From contig FLMG01003710.1 in NCBI GenBank assembly GCA_900088475.1, forward strand, positions 1 through 64,000: DNA of 64,000 nucleotides. The letters run 5' to 3'. Position 1 is the stretch's first letter, and each line of letters begins with the position of its first letter. The notes below the pieces were generated by a model. It was not told the origin of the DNA, did no database searches, and saw nothing but the letters and a program-made list of their open reading frames with translations. A program made the translations under genes and the position numbers. This stretch comes from Hyphochytrium catenoides. Taxonomy: Eukaryota > Protista > Hyphochytriomycota. Shown one piece after another: positions 1-10,454 of this stretch.

Positions 1-249
1 GAGAGAGAGAGAGAGAGAGGCGCGCAAAGAGAGGAAAAGTGAAAGAGGTCAGGAGGCGGAAGGTCCGTTGGATGACGTAAGCGATAGTCGGAAGAAAGTA
101 AGAGATCCGGAGAGACAATCATTGGGCTTTGCTATGTCGTACGTCCTGCGGTTGGAATGGCTGCTCACTCTCTGCTGCATCTCCACTGCGTCCCTTCCTC
201 TTCCCCCCGCTCCTGCTTCTTTGGCACGCAATTTTCCTCTATGGCTCAG

Positions 250-2742
250 GGGCCGATTTGATCATCATCAGAAGGGCTTCAACGAGACCTTGGATGGCTC
301 GAAGATCAAACTCTCGAGCGCTGGACTCATCTATAAGTGAGGCATAGCGACACCTAATGAGTCCGCCTCCACGTCCCTCTCTTTACGCCTTTNNNNNNNN
401 NNNNNNNNNNNNNNNNNNNNNNNNNGTCTTTCTCTCTCTCTCTCTCTCTCTCTCCCCCTCTCTCTCTCTCTCTCCGCCTCTTTGTCCTCTCATACTTTCA
501 GTTACTTTCTCTTTCCTCTATTTGCTCCCGCTCTCCTCTTTTGCCTTTCCTCTGGGTCCCACGCCTTTCCTTTACTCGCTTTTTCTTTCTTAACTCTTTG
601 TCTTCGTTCTTCCTTGCATTCTGCCGTCTGACGCACGCTCGATTTCCCTCGTCCTTTGCAGACATTATGGGATGCAGGTGCTAAAGGAGCTGGCGGACCC
701 TTCGGTACCAGAGAATGTCGTCAAGATTATTTATAAAAAGGTTTGGGACTGAATATATTACTCCCCATCCGTCTTATCGCTGCTGCTGCTGCTGCTGCCG
801 CCTGCTGAGGATTCGACCTCGTTCGGTTGCCTTCTATAGTGGAGTCTCCTTTGCACTTCTCAATTAGATCTTTACGCACTCCACCCCACCCTTGGGAACA
901 GATGTATGAGACATTCATGGAGCACATCGATGGCATAGATAACGGGGTGGAGGTAGCCGATGGACCTCTGAATTACAAGATCTCTACGAACCTCAGCGCA
1001 CGGGTAGCATTTCATAATCGGCTTCCTTTCTTCTCTCTCTCTATATATATATATGACTCTCTCTCTGTCTCTTTCTCTCTCTCTTTCTTAGTCTCTCTCT
1101 CTTTGTCTGCCGCGCTCTCTATCTGATACACATATACTTCCCCCGCACACACCGTTTTGGTCTGTCTGCCTCTCTTCTCTTTGTCCTTCTTTCTTCTTTC
1201 TCTCTTCTACTGCCTGTCTCTTTGTTTATCAACAGCAATGTCGCTTTAACAGCTTCAGTTGACCTACGCAGTCTCTCTATCGATGCCTCTCTTGTGTTCC
1301 TTGGAGCCCTGCCCGACTTCTCATCTGACTTCATCTCTATTTGTCCGTGGAGCAGGTCGGACGCCTCAACCCTAAATGGAACGCAGACAATTCCCCTGAG
1401 GCCACAAACGCTATGTTTAGAGAGGTGAGTGATATCAAAGCGAGATGAGATTGCGCGAATATGTGCGTTGCGAGACCGAGAGAGAGAGCAGCTATGGCCA
1501 AAAATAAAGATAGGAAGGGGCCTTGGTAAACCTGCCACGCACCCCTATCTTGACTCCAGAAAGTATTTGTCTTAACCTCATCTACACCGACCGTCTATGC
1601 TGACGCGCATTCACTCGCTATACTTCCACTTGCGATCTACCCAACTGCTAAATAGGCCATGGAACTGACTGCTAGGGAATTTATTGAGTTCGCAGAGTAT
1701 TACCTCGAGGGCTGGTGGCCAGCGAGAGCCATTGTTGAGGAAGCACTCGGCAAGAGGTAAGGAGAGTTATCGACCTCTCAATGAAGCAGACGGTCAAATA
1801 TCCATCCTGGAGGCGGTCCATGCCCTATATGTTTGCGTATACCTACAGGACGCGGTTTTCCCTGTGTCTGCTCCTTTTTGTTTACTTCCCGTGCTGCTTA
1901 CTAATCTAGCTTTGTAGGGAAACCGTGCATCCCTCTGGTTCCATTGTCCTACTGCACCAATACTGTCCATGGGCCTCTCACCTGTTCTCTCTGGAAGCTG
2001 AGCAAGGGATCAAAGGGTTGATCAAGTACGTACTTTATCAAGACCAGGCAGGCAATTGGTAAGCAGCAGACACTGGCGTCGGTACTAGCTATCTCTTTAG
2101 CATCCCTGTATTCTCATGCCCCTGCCTTTGTGCTGTCCTACTCTGGCTAAGTCGCTTCTTGCGCTCCGATCCCTTGAAGTCCCATTTAAATTACTGCTGT
2201 TTACTCTTGACCTCTGCGCGAGTCCTAGCTAGTCCAAAAGATGACTCTTTTGCTTGCGGGCAACCAAAGGACGCGCCTGTTTGGTACAATAGCACAACTA
2301 GCTTCATCTACTGTCGTTCTGACGCTTTCATGATGTGGCATGCCAGGCGTGTACAGGCGGTATCCTCTGCGGAGGGGTCTTTCGCAACCCGTTTAGCACT
2401 ACCAGAGCCCTGGCGCGGACTAAGGGATGAGGCTCTATCAAAGTTTTGCGGCATAGAAAACTGCATCTTTGTCCGTATCCTTTCCCACCGCTGAGAGGAT
2501 GAACCTTTCTTGAGTTTGCATGCAGTTTCCCAGTCTTGATTTTCTCTGATCCGGTGCATCAGTTTTTCTTCTGTCTCTCTGCTATGAGTTCTTGGGCTAT
2601 CAGTCGTCCAGCCAATCCTTGCATACTGGTTTGCCCTTGACTTGATGACTTGTCGTTAGACGCTGCAGGTTTTATAGGTGGAAATAAGACCAAGGAGGGA
2701 GCAATGCGGATGGCTGTCAAGGCACTAGAGTTCAAAGCTTAG
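250..2742 (+). CDS. MYG1: MYG1 family exonuclease (UPF0160), multi-exon, 5' end outside the window
   Basis: Spliced exons at about 250-336, 662-740, 902-1002, 1356-1425, 1656-1757, 1918-2058, 2347-2474 and 2660-2742 give RFDHHQKGFNET..KLSSAGLIYKHYG, IDGIDNGV, RVGRLNPKWN, CPWASHL, RVQAV..SFATRLALPEPWRGLRDEALS..GIENCIFVHAAGFIGGNKT, all typical MYG1 motifs. Junctions are GT-AG; stop TAG at 2740-2742. Confidence 0.93.
431..474. repeat. (CT)n microsatellite next to the assembly gap at 393-425, in a MYG1 intron
   Basis: Directly visible tctctc run immediately after the N run. Confidence 0.9.
779..797. repeat. (GCT)6 microsatellite in a MYG1 intron
   Basis: gctgctgctgctgctgctg visible in the sequence. 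Confidence 0.85.
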
Positions 2743-3301
2743 GTAGTGAGACTTGAAGTGGTTTCCCAGCCGTAGGGATAACTGGGTGTAAGCACGATGT
2801 TACTAAGATGTCATTTACATTGTATCGCTCGCCCTTCTGCCGTTTGCAGGGTTCTGTCTCTACTTCCTGACACTTGCAGTTACTTCTTAGCATATGTCTT
2901 AGCCTAGGTGGAGTCGAATGAGGATATTTTCTTGGCGCAGTTCGACGATTTGCTGATTAGAAGGTCAGTCTAGCAGCTAGGGATGTACCCGACGTTGTTC
3001 TATCAACCAGAGATATATGACCAGACTCACACACCCACGCTTTGCCGAAAAGTTAGGCGTATGGTAAAGTCGGTGCTCATGAACTGGAATGGCAGATGAG
3101 GTTACTGTTTACATAGACTAATAATAGCGCTAATAGTACCTTTGCCAGTCATTTCTTTAAACAAGCTCTCAATGGCGGACAGCTAATACTTTACCGAACA
3201 CACAGACACGACCTCTGTAACTCGTGTGAGCTCCTCACCATATTGATTGTTCTCTTTTATGCAACATTCTGCAGTCCAAACTGCCTACCACTGGTCATCC
3301 T

Positions 3302-5179
3302 TTAGAGAAGGTCCCACCAGTGGCGCAACAGAACCGACTTATCAATAGCAATCGCGGCAAAATAGCCTCCCACTAGGGCTCCTGCGTAACCATTGGTCAG
3401 GTTGTCGTGGCCCGTCAGGAAAAGACCTGAGATAGGGGTTCTTGGTCCACAGAGGAGAAACTCTTTGAAGCGAGTAGGAGAGTGCTCCATTCCGTAGCTC
3501 TCTCCCATGAGTGTACCAAGATAGTAGTCGTTCGTGACAGGAGTTCCCACGTCGATGTATGCAATCTTGCCCTCTATTTGAGGCGCAACGTGGAGCACCA
3601 TATCCAGAAGACGAGATCTGTACGTGCTCTTTATGTCATCGTAGTCCTTCCCACGGTGCTTCACCCTACTTTCCCTGTACTTTTGAAACCATTCGTATTC
3701 TGCCATACAGACTGCCAGCGCAACCTCTTTTCTAGGATGCCTGTCTTTATATGTAGGATCCTTAGCAGATGGAAAGGAGACAAAGGCACCAGGAATGGGA
3801 GATGACATATCATTCTCATACGTCCGGTTGTTTCCTTCATGGTCCCAAGAAGGAAAGACCCAGAAGTTCTGTCGCGGAAGGTGAAGGTTTTGTCCGTCTT
3901 CGTTGTTAATCCCAACGAACAAAGAGCAAAGAGATGTCTTCGGCGTCACTTTCTCTAGCAGTGCTCTCTGGTCTTTAATGAGATGGTGGACCGACTGGGG
4001 GAGGAGCTTCTTGTAGGTGTTGACAGCCCCAGCGCCGCTAATGACGATGTTAGAGTAGATCTTTTTCCCCTTCACAATCACTCCTATGGCTGCTCCAGAG
4101 GCCGGATCAACCAAAATCTCAGAAACAGGGGCCCTCACTAGCACTTTCCCGCCATTGGCCTGAATCTTCCGTACTATTGGCTTGCAGATCTCTGCCGGCC
4201 CACCCACAGGGTAGAAGCCGCCACCTACGTAATGTCCGACAATGACCGCGTGATGCATGAAGGACATTCGAGAAGGCGTGATGCCTGAGTTTCCATAGAG
4301 ATAACAAAGAACCCCTAGAAGTTTCTCGTTGTCCGTCAGCTCACTCAAAATCTCTAATGACGTCTTGTCGATGGTTCTGGCAACCATGGGAAAGAGAGCA
4401 CGGAACCACCCTTTCATAACCCTTCCTATAGAGACAGGCAGAAGGCTGAGAGCGAAGTACATCTTCATCTTCTGGTTGACTTCGAGGACAAGAGAGATGT
4501 ACCTTTCAATGGCCTTTCTCTCTTCTGGAAATTGTCGGATGAGGTCTTCCTTAAGATGCTCTGCATTCTTATGCATAGGAAACCTCTCCAGCTCTCTCTC
4601 GCCCTCTTTGCCTTTTCTCATTACCGCTGCCACGTCAAAGTAATCGTCCATAGGGGCCCAGCGTACGCAGTCCTCGTCCGAAATTGCCTTCATCATTTTT
4701 CCAAGAGAAGAAGAAGGATTGCCAATGTCTCCTCCCACATAGTGGATGCCGGTGTCAAATTCATAGCCTCCTCCCTCTTCAAAGGTATGACAATTGCCGC
4801 CTACCACGTCATGCTGCTCGAGAACCAATACTCGGTGCCCTCGTTGAGAGAGAAGGGACGCAGTGGCAAGGCTTCCGATGCCGGAACCGATAACGATAGC
4901 GTCCAGATTATCCGGGACCAACCTCGTACTGAAGCCTTGCTTCATAATGTTCACATCACTCTCTTCCTCCCCCAATCTCTTCCTCTTTCCATCTATCGCT
5001 TCTTCTTTTCTTTTGTTCTTGGAAGATAGGACCTTGGAGACCATGACAATGGAGACAGCAAGGGCGACAGCTGCACTGGCACCTGCCACCGCAGTATGCC
5101 ATGGCTCACTCACATTCCTCAGCCCCATTATCGTAGAGATGGGCTCATAGGAGCCGCCATCTAGAGAGCTCCCACTCAT
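3302..5179 (-). CDS. All-trans-retinol 13,14-reductase (RetSat)-like / phytoene desaturase family FAD oxidoreductase, 625 aa, intronless
   Basis: N-terminal hydrophobic anchor, dinucleotide-binding motif DAIVIGSGIGSL, LEQHDVVGGNCHTF..YEFDTGIHYVG, FVSFPSAKDP, GTPVTNDYYLG..GESYG and TPISGLFLTGHD, as in the RetSat subfamily. Confidence 0.88.
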   Translation of the reverse strand: MSGSSLDGGSYEPISTIMGLRNVSEPWHTAVAGASAAVALAVSIVMVSKVLSSKNKRKEEAIDGKRKRLGEEESDVNIMKQGFSTRLVPDNLDAIVIGSGIGSLATASLLSQRGHRVLVLEQHDVVGGNCHTFEEGGGYEFDTGIHYVGGDIGNPSSSLGKMMKAISDEDCVRWAPMDDYFDVAAVMRKGKEGERELERFPMHKNAEHLKEDLIRQFPEERKAIERYISLVLEVNQKMKMYFALSLLPVSIGRVMKGWFRALFPMVARTIDKTSLEILSELTDNEKLLGVLCYLYGNSGITPSRMSFMHHAVIVGHYVGGGFYPVGGPAEICKPIVRKIQANGGKVLVRAPVSEILVDPASGAAIGVIVKGKKIYSNIVISGAGAVNTYKKLLPQSVHHLIKDQRALLEKVTPKTSLCSLFVGINNEDGQNLHLPRQNFWVFPSWDHEGNNRTYENDMSSPIPGAFVSFPSAKDPTYKDRHPRKEVALAVCMAEYEWFQKYRESRVKHRGKDYDDIKSTYRSRLLDMVLHVAPQIEGKIAYIDVGTPVTNDYYLGTLMGESYGMEHSPTRFKEFLLCGPRTPISGLFLTGHDNLTNGYAGALVGGYFAAIAIDKSVLLRHWWDLL

Positions 5180-6614
5180 TCTCCGGACAAGCTCTACCCG
5201 CAGACGCAGTTCTTTGTTACTCTTCTTCGTCCTTAAACCAATCCGCTAACTCATGCCCCAAGGACGCTAACAGTGGGCTCTCTTAAGACGTCAGCCTTCA
5301 CAGCGCTTTCGCTTCTACCTCATCAACATGCGATAGCGATAGCGATATCCCTGCACACGAGCAGACAGGACCAAGTAAACTGGGAGAGTGCAGGCGATCG
5401 ATGAGCAAAGCTGCATAGAACGCCAAGAGAAATGGGCCGTGGCGCTGTGGCAACTCCTGTGGAAGGAGACAACGATGTGAAAGAGAAAGAGAAGCGGAAC
5501 ACCGTTGGCGTGGGGACAGGAGACAGGAGGGAGAGAGAGGAGAGGAGAGAGGAGGTTCGTGGGTCGATGCGTCTTTCCTTCGAAAAGAAGAGAGGAAAGA
5601 TCTTTGTTGAGGGGATTTCAAATCTCTCCCAAGATTTTGAAGGAAAGAGGAACTTCTTCAGGTCACTAAGCAAAAGCTTTAACAAGGTGATGAGGCCTAT
5701 TTCTAGGTAACTTGAGAACAACCTCGACCCAGTCTTAGGCATTTATTATAAGGTGATACAAAGTGCGGAAAAGGATCGGGTAGGATAATCAAATATATGG
5801 CATTGCAGGAATGTTAGAACTTGGTCCGTAGGCGGCTATTCTGTAGGGCAGATAGAGAAGAGTGGGGTTCCTTTACAAAAGCTTTCCTGTCTCACTCTGT
5901 CTTGCTCCTCCAGCTTCCAACGCTTTCCTCTCTTCTCTCTCCTCTCATCTCACTCTCTCTCTCTCTCCCAGAGGCTTTCCAGATGGAAAGTCAACAGACA
6001 GGAGGTGAACTGCTGGCGTGCCCTTGAGATGTCAACCTCCGCGTCAGCTCACTTCCAGTCAGTCGTCCAACCCCCGGCCGCGCTCATCACTGAAGGCGCC
6101 AGCTTGTTCAAAGAGCTCTGTTTTGATATCTGACGGCATCGCCATCTTTCTAAGAATCGCTTTCTGCTTGGGCCCTTACTCCTCTCAGTCCTTGACTCTA
6201 CTCAGTCCAAGGGTGTTATCAAGGTACGCAGTAAGAGTTTCTGTTATTGAGGCTCTCTGCATCCATGCTGCGCCTCTATGTAAGCCAGTACCTTTTTTCA
6301 ATCAAGCGTCATGGGTATTCAAAGGCGGATAGTCACCCTCACGATAGCCACCACTAAGCTTGCTTCATGAGCTTCTATCAAGGCTTGGGCTTTGTGGCGC
6401 ATTTGTACGGTCAACTTTATAACTTTATTGGCATTTGAGAGCGAATTAGCCTGCAATAAACTCAGTCTTTGGCCCTCTACGACAGCTCCTTTCTTTAATC
6501 TACATAATTCTTCCTGGTTCTAACAGCTGCATTGAAAAGGGTCATCCTTGTGTAGAGACTTCAAAGCTTTGGGCTTGTTTACCTTCTGTTAATTTTTCCA
6601 ATAGCCTGTTACCC

Positions 6615-9097
6615 CTAAAAATCTGAGACCGATGGCGGGGACGGTAGGCCGGACTCCTCCATACTCTTGGTCCTCTGCAGAGGCGCGCCTCCAATCTGGA
6701 CGATTCTGCCTTCTAGTTGTGGCTTAAGAATATAGCAGCTATTGGCCTCCGAGTACGTCTGTTTGTGCAGTCTCTTGACTGCCTTTCGCACCATCGGAGG
6801 TACCCGTAACCCATCCCACTTGTTTAGCACCTGCAAGATAAAATAGGGTAAAGGCCTCGTCAGTACAGCGCAGACGCCACATTGTCCCCGACCCACGTGG
6901 GTCTAGATCGACCAACTCCACACCACTTCCTCGGCTGCCAGAAGAGGAAAGTGTTTCCTCCAAATACAGTTGCCCTTCATCGGACCAAGACTCATTCCAC
7001 TTCTCTCACCCTTGTCCTTATGTTTCTATCTCCTGCCTATTGATACCCTACCCTTATCATCAGCATTGATTCGCATATCTCGCTTGCGCGTACCTGAAGC
7101 ACTGTGAAGCGGTTCTTCATCATCGTGTTTAGGTTCGGGCACCGCTCATCCTCTAATATCAGACGACAGCGGGTGAAGACCTCGTACCCATCGTGTCCGC
7201 CAGCAAGATATTCCTTGGTGGCCAGCCTATACTCCTTGTCCCATTCTATAGGCTGGCCCTGGACCTTTAAGCTCTCTTTGACCACACGAGAGCCAGGGGG
7301 ATTGTCTGCCTTGAATGAAAAAGAGAGGCCAGAGACTAGAGGGAATCTACCCTCCATTCTAGGGAACTTACTGACGCCATTTTCTAGCGCTTCTAGCAGC
7401 TGAGAGCCAGTAATCCCCAGCAGCACGCAGGGATCTATAAGCGGGAGCAGCTCAAGCAAAAATCTTTGCTTCAGTTTTCCTGGCTTGTAGGTCTTATCAG
7501 CTCTTATCGTACCCGAGTTGATGAGGGCAAGATCGGCAGAGAGACCGTCCCTAAGCGTATCCGTCACAAAGTTCCCAACATTAGTCTCCTTAGCCCTCAC
7601 CGAAGTAAATCGGGCGTCAAGCTCCACCTCAGTCTCTCCTATTACCTCGTCTAACATCCTCTCCATCCCACCCATGAAGGAATGAACCAAATCGGTCATT
7701 TCAGGATCGGGAGGAATGTCTCTGGTTGGCTTGAGGAATTGTACGTTGAACCACGGCCGACGGTAGAAGGAAGACGAACGAGGGTGAGGGGAGACGCTCA
7801 ACTCTATTCTTCCCAGGAGGCGGAAGTCCGTCCCACTCTTTACAATCTGCACTCCGTTCAGCTCTTCCGCATGCTCTTCGTGGTCGTGGCCACCTAGAAT
7901 GAGGTCCACCCATTCCCCTGCTTCAACGGCTAGCCTTTGATCGTTGGGGACTCTCATGTGTGTGAGGGCGATGACGACGTCTACGCCCTCTTCCTCTCTC
8001 AGCCGTCTTCCAACTCTCCTCGCGGCCTCTACGAAGTCTTCAACAGCAATCTTATCTGGATCCACAGCGGAAAGGGTCTCCACCCATTCTGCTTCTACAA
8101 GCCCCATTACTCCAATTCTGATGCCATGGTGCTGCACGAGGCTGAACTCATCACAGTCAGCTAACCGGTTGCCTGGAACAGGTACAAGCAAAATGTGAGG
8201 AATGATGTTAGGGAAGGAATGAGATCAGCTCTAGCTCGCCTCTAATCATCTGTCAAATGGCTGATCGCAGCCAATCCCTTTCCCGTCCTCCCCACATATC
8301 TCTCACGACAGTCTAAAGACGTGAAGGTCAGCAGTGGTATGGCTCCCACATCTCCTTATAGGCTTCCTCATAGGTCATTTGAATCACCTGTCTCGAGGTC
8401 TGTCACATTAGAAATGATCCATGGAAAGTTGGTCTCCGCCTTCAGCTTCATGAACTGGGGTAGGCCGTAGTCCAAATCATGGTTCCCAATCACTGAGGCA
8501 AACACCTCCATTTTATTGATCACGGGGACCATGTGGCTGAAAAGAATGAGGATAGCGAGAGGCATACAGAGAGTGCAAGGCTTAGGGTACCTTGACAAAC
8601 GCCACTATCAAGAGAAGGAACCGTTGACTAGTTCCCTCGGTCAATTTCCCTGTGGTTTCCCTTGTACCATGGTAGCGGTCTATCACTAACTTCTTGACTT
8701 ACCTTCCCCTAGTAGTAACGGAGAGGAGTGAGGGATTGAACACATCTCCGGAAAAAAGAACGAGTGCGTCATCCCGCTCTTTCTGCTGCTTCACTAGAGT
8801 GACGAAGCGAGGTGCACCCCCAGGAATCTCTTCAGAATTATCTGGCTGGATCTCATAGACACTAACGCGAGATGCGTGAGGTAGTGAAGTGTGCCGGCCA
8901 GGAGGAGAATGGAGCGAGAGACCAGTAAAAGCAGCGTAGTAGGAGACAACAAGAAAGGCAATAAGTGGGGCAAGGGCAAGATATCAGTAAGGATAGAGGA
9001 TGAACAGCCGCCAGCAAAGAGGCCATCAAGTGACTCACTCGTTGAAATGCAGGATAACAGTTGACTTGGGCTGTTCGCCCTCATTGTGGCTCATCAT
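6615..9097 (-). CDS. 5'-nucleotidase / calcineurin-like metallophosphoesterase with 5'-nucleotidase C-terminal domain, about 5 exons
   Basis: Exons at about 9097-9039 (MMSHNEGEQPKSTVILHFND), 8861-8703 (VYEI..GGAPRF..LFSGDVFNPS), 8536-8388 (GNHDLDYG..FPWIISNV), 8172-7094 (ALTHMR, ILGGHDH, KSGTDF, ETNVGNF, INSGTIR, LENGVS..EGRFPLVSG) and 6830-6615. The metal-binding motifs are present and there is no signal peptide. Confidence 0.9.
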
Positions 9098-9327
9098 CCC
9101 CTTGCCGAGCGACAAAAGCGGGACTTCCTATCGAGGAGAAGTTACACAGGTGCAAGGAAGAAGCGCAACAGCTAGTAAGGTTATCAGCAATAACAGTCAT
9201 AGAACGAGTAGAAAGGATGGCACACCTTGCGAGAGATAAGCCACGGCGTTAGAGAACGCTAGCAGTACGTAGCCTCCTGATGACCTTCAAGAAAGAGGAG
9301 CTCTGCGTTCAGGTACAGTTCCCGTCA

Positions 9328-9381
9328 AAACCCTACTGCCAGTAAGAATGGAAGGCCAAACCCTACTGCCAGTGAGAATGG
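9328..9381. repeat. 30-bp-period tandem duplication containing AAACCCTA
   Basis: aaaccctactgccagtaagaatgg at 9328 and aaaccctactgccagtgagaatgg at 9358. Confidence 0.85.
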
Positions 9382-10454
9382 GTGGTCTGCTACGCCAGGA
9401 AAGTGAATGGCGGAAGGAGTGACTATCGCCTGGGTAAATCTCTGCGACGAGGCTTGAGATGCAGACGGAGACTGACAAGGGAGCAGCAGTCAACAGTGAC
9501 ATGCATGATGATCCCAAGAATGTTATCCTTGAAGATCTCGCGACTCATCACAATAGATTCTCATCCCGCTAGATGTCGGAGGGGATATCTGTGTATCTCA
9601 TTGCTAATGTTCCAAGAAAACAAGTTTTGTCCAGCCTGCATGAGTGTACATGAGACATGCTTGAAAAAGTAGAAGTGGTCGATGCTGACTTCAGAGCAAC
9701 AGGAAGCATGAAGCAAAGCGCCCAGGCGTCCACGGGTTATGGAGATCTAAGCTGTGCAGAGGTGACATCAAGCCCGTCAACGCATGGGTGCCAGGGTTTG
9801 TTTGGTTGAGAAGTGCATCACAAGGGAGGGTCTATCCAAGATGATCCTTAGTGAACTGAAGAGGGAGAGAGACACAAGCCAGATAAAGAAGACACGGAGA
9901 TGATGCTGGGAGTTGGGATGACCTGGACAATGGGAGGTAGTGTTAGGCAAGAGAGTGGCTAGGTTGCTCAAGGATGTGCGAAGACCCAGTGGCCAAGGAA
10001 GACAACAACCTTGCTGTATGGAAGACGAGTTAGAACAGACCACGGAGCCTGCTTCAACTACTGGGGAAGGGCATGGGCCCTGTCACCTAGCCGACAACGA
10101 GACAGAAAGAGCTCCAACAGTGTTGGAGCCATGACATAGAGACCAATTGTAAGCGAGAGCGCCACGGTTCTGGGAAATCATCATGTTTTATAGAAACTAT
10201 CATCACAAGAAATTTCCCTGGCCGCAATGGTGCCTCGCAGAGACCGCATAGACCGAGAACGTAGCAAGAATACGTACTGATAGAGCTTGGCTCCTGCAAG
10301 ACACCCATTCCTCTCCTACATTGTAGCGTTGACACCCTAGACCACTCTGCTTTTCTCTTTAACTTTCACTCTTTACCTCTTGTAGGCGAACAGTGCGGAA
10401 GACTTGTGTCCTCTCTATCGACTGCTAGCCTACTGGCCTTCCCTTGTCATCTAC

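Noticed and set aside
5298-6332. Several 70-140 aa ORFs between RetSat and the nucleotidase
   Set aside because: Low-complexity GA/CT-derived translations with no motif; probably UTR, UTR intron or intergenic sequence.
9382-10134. Two same-frame ORFs (9382-9672 and 9940-10134) suggesting a pseudogene or transposon relic
   Set aside because: Six stops in about 90 intervening codons is near random expectation, and there is no recognisable motif.
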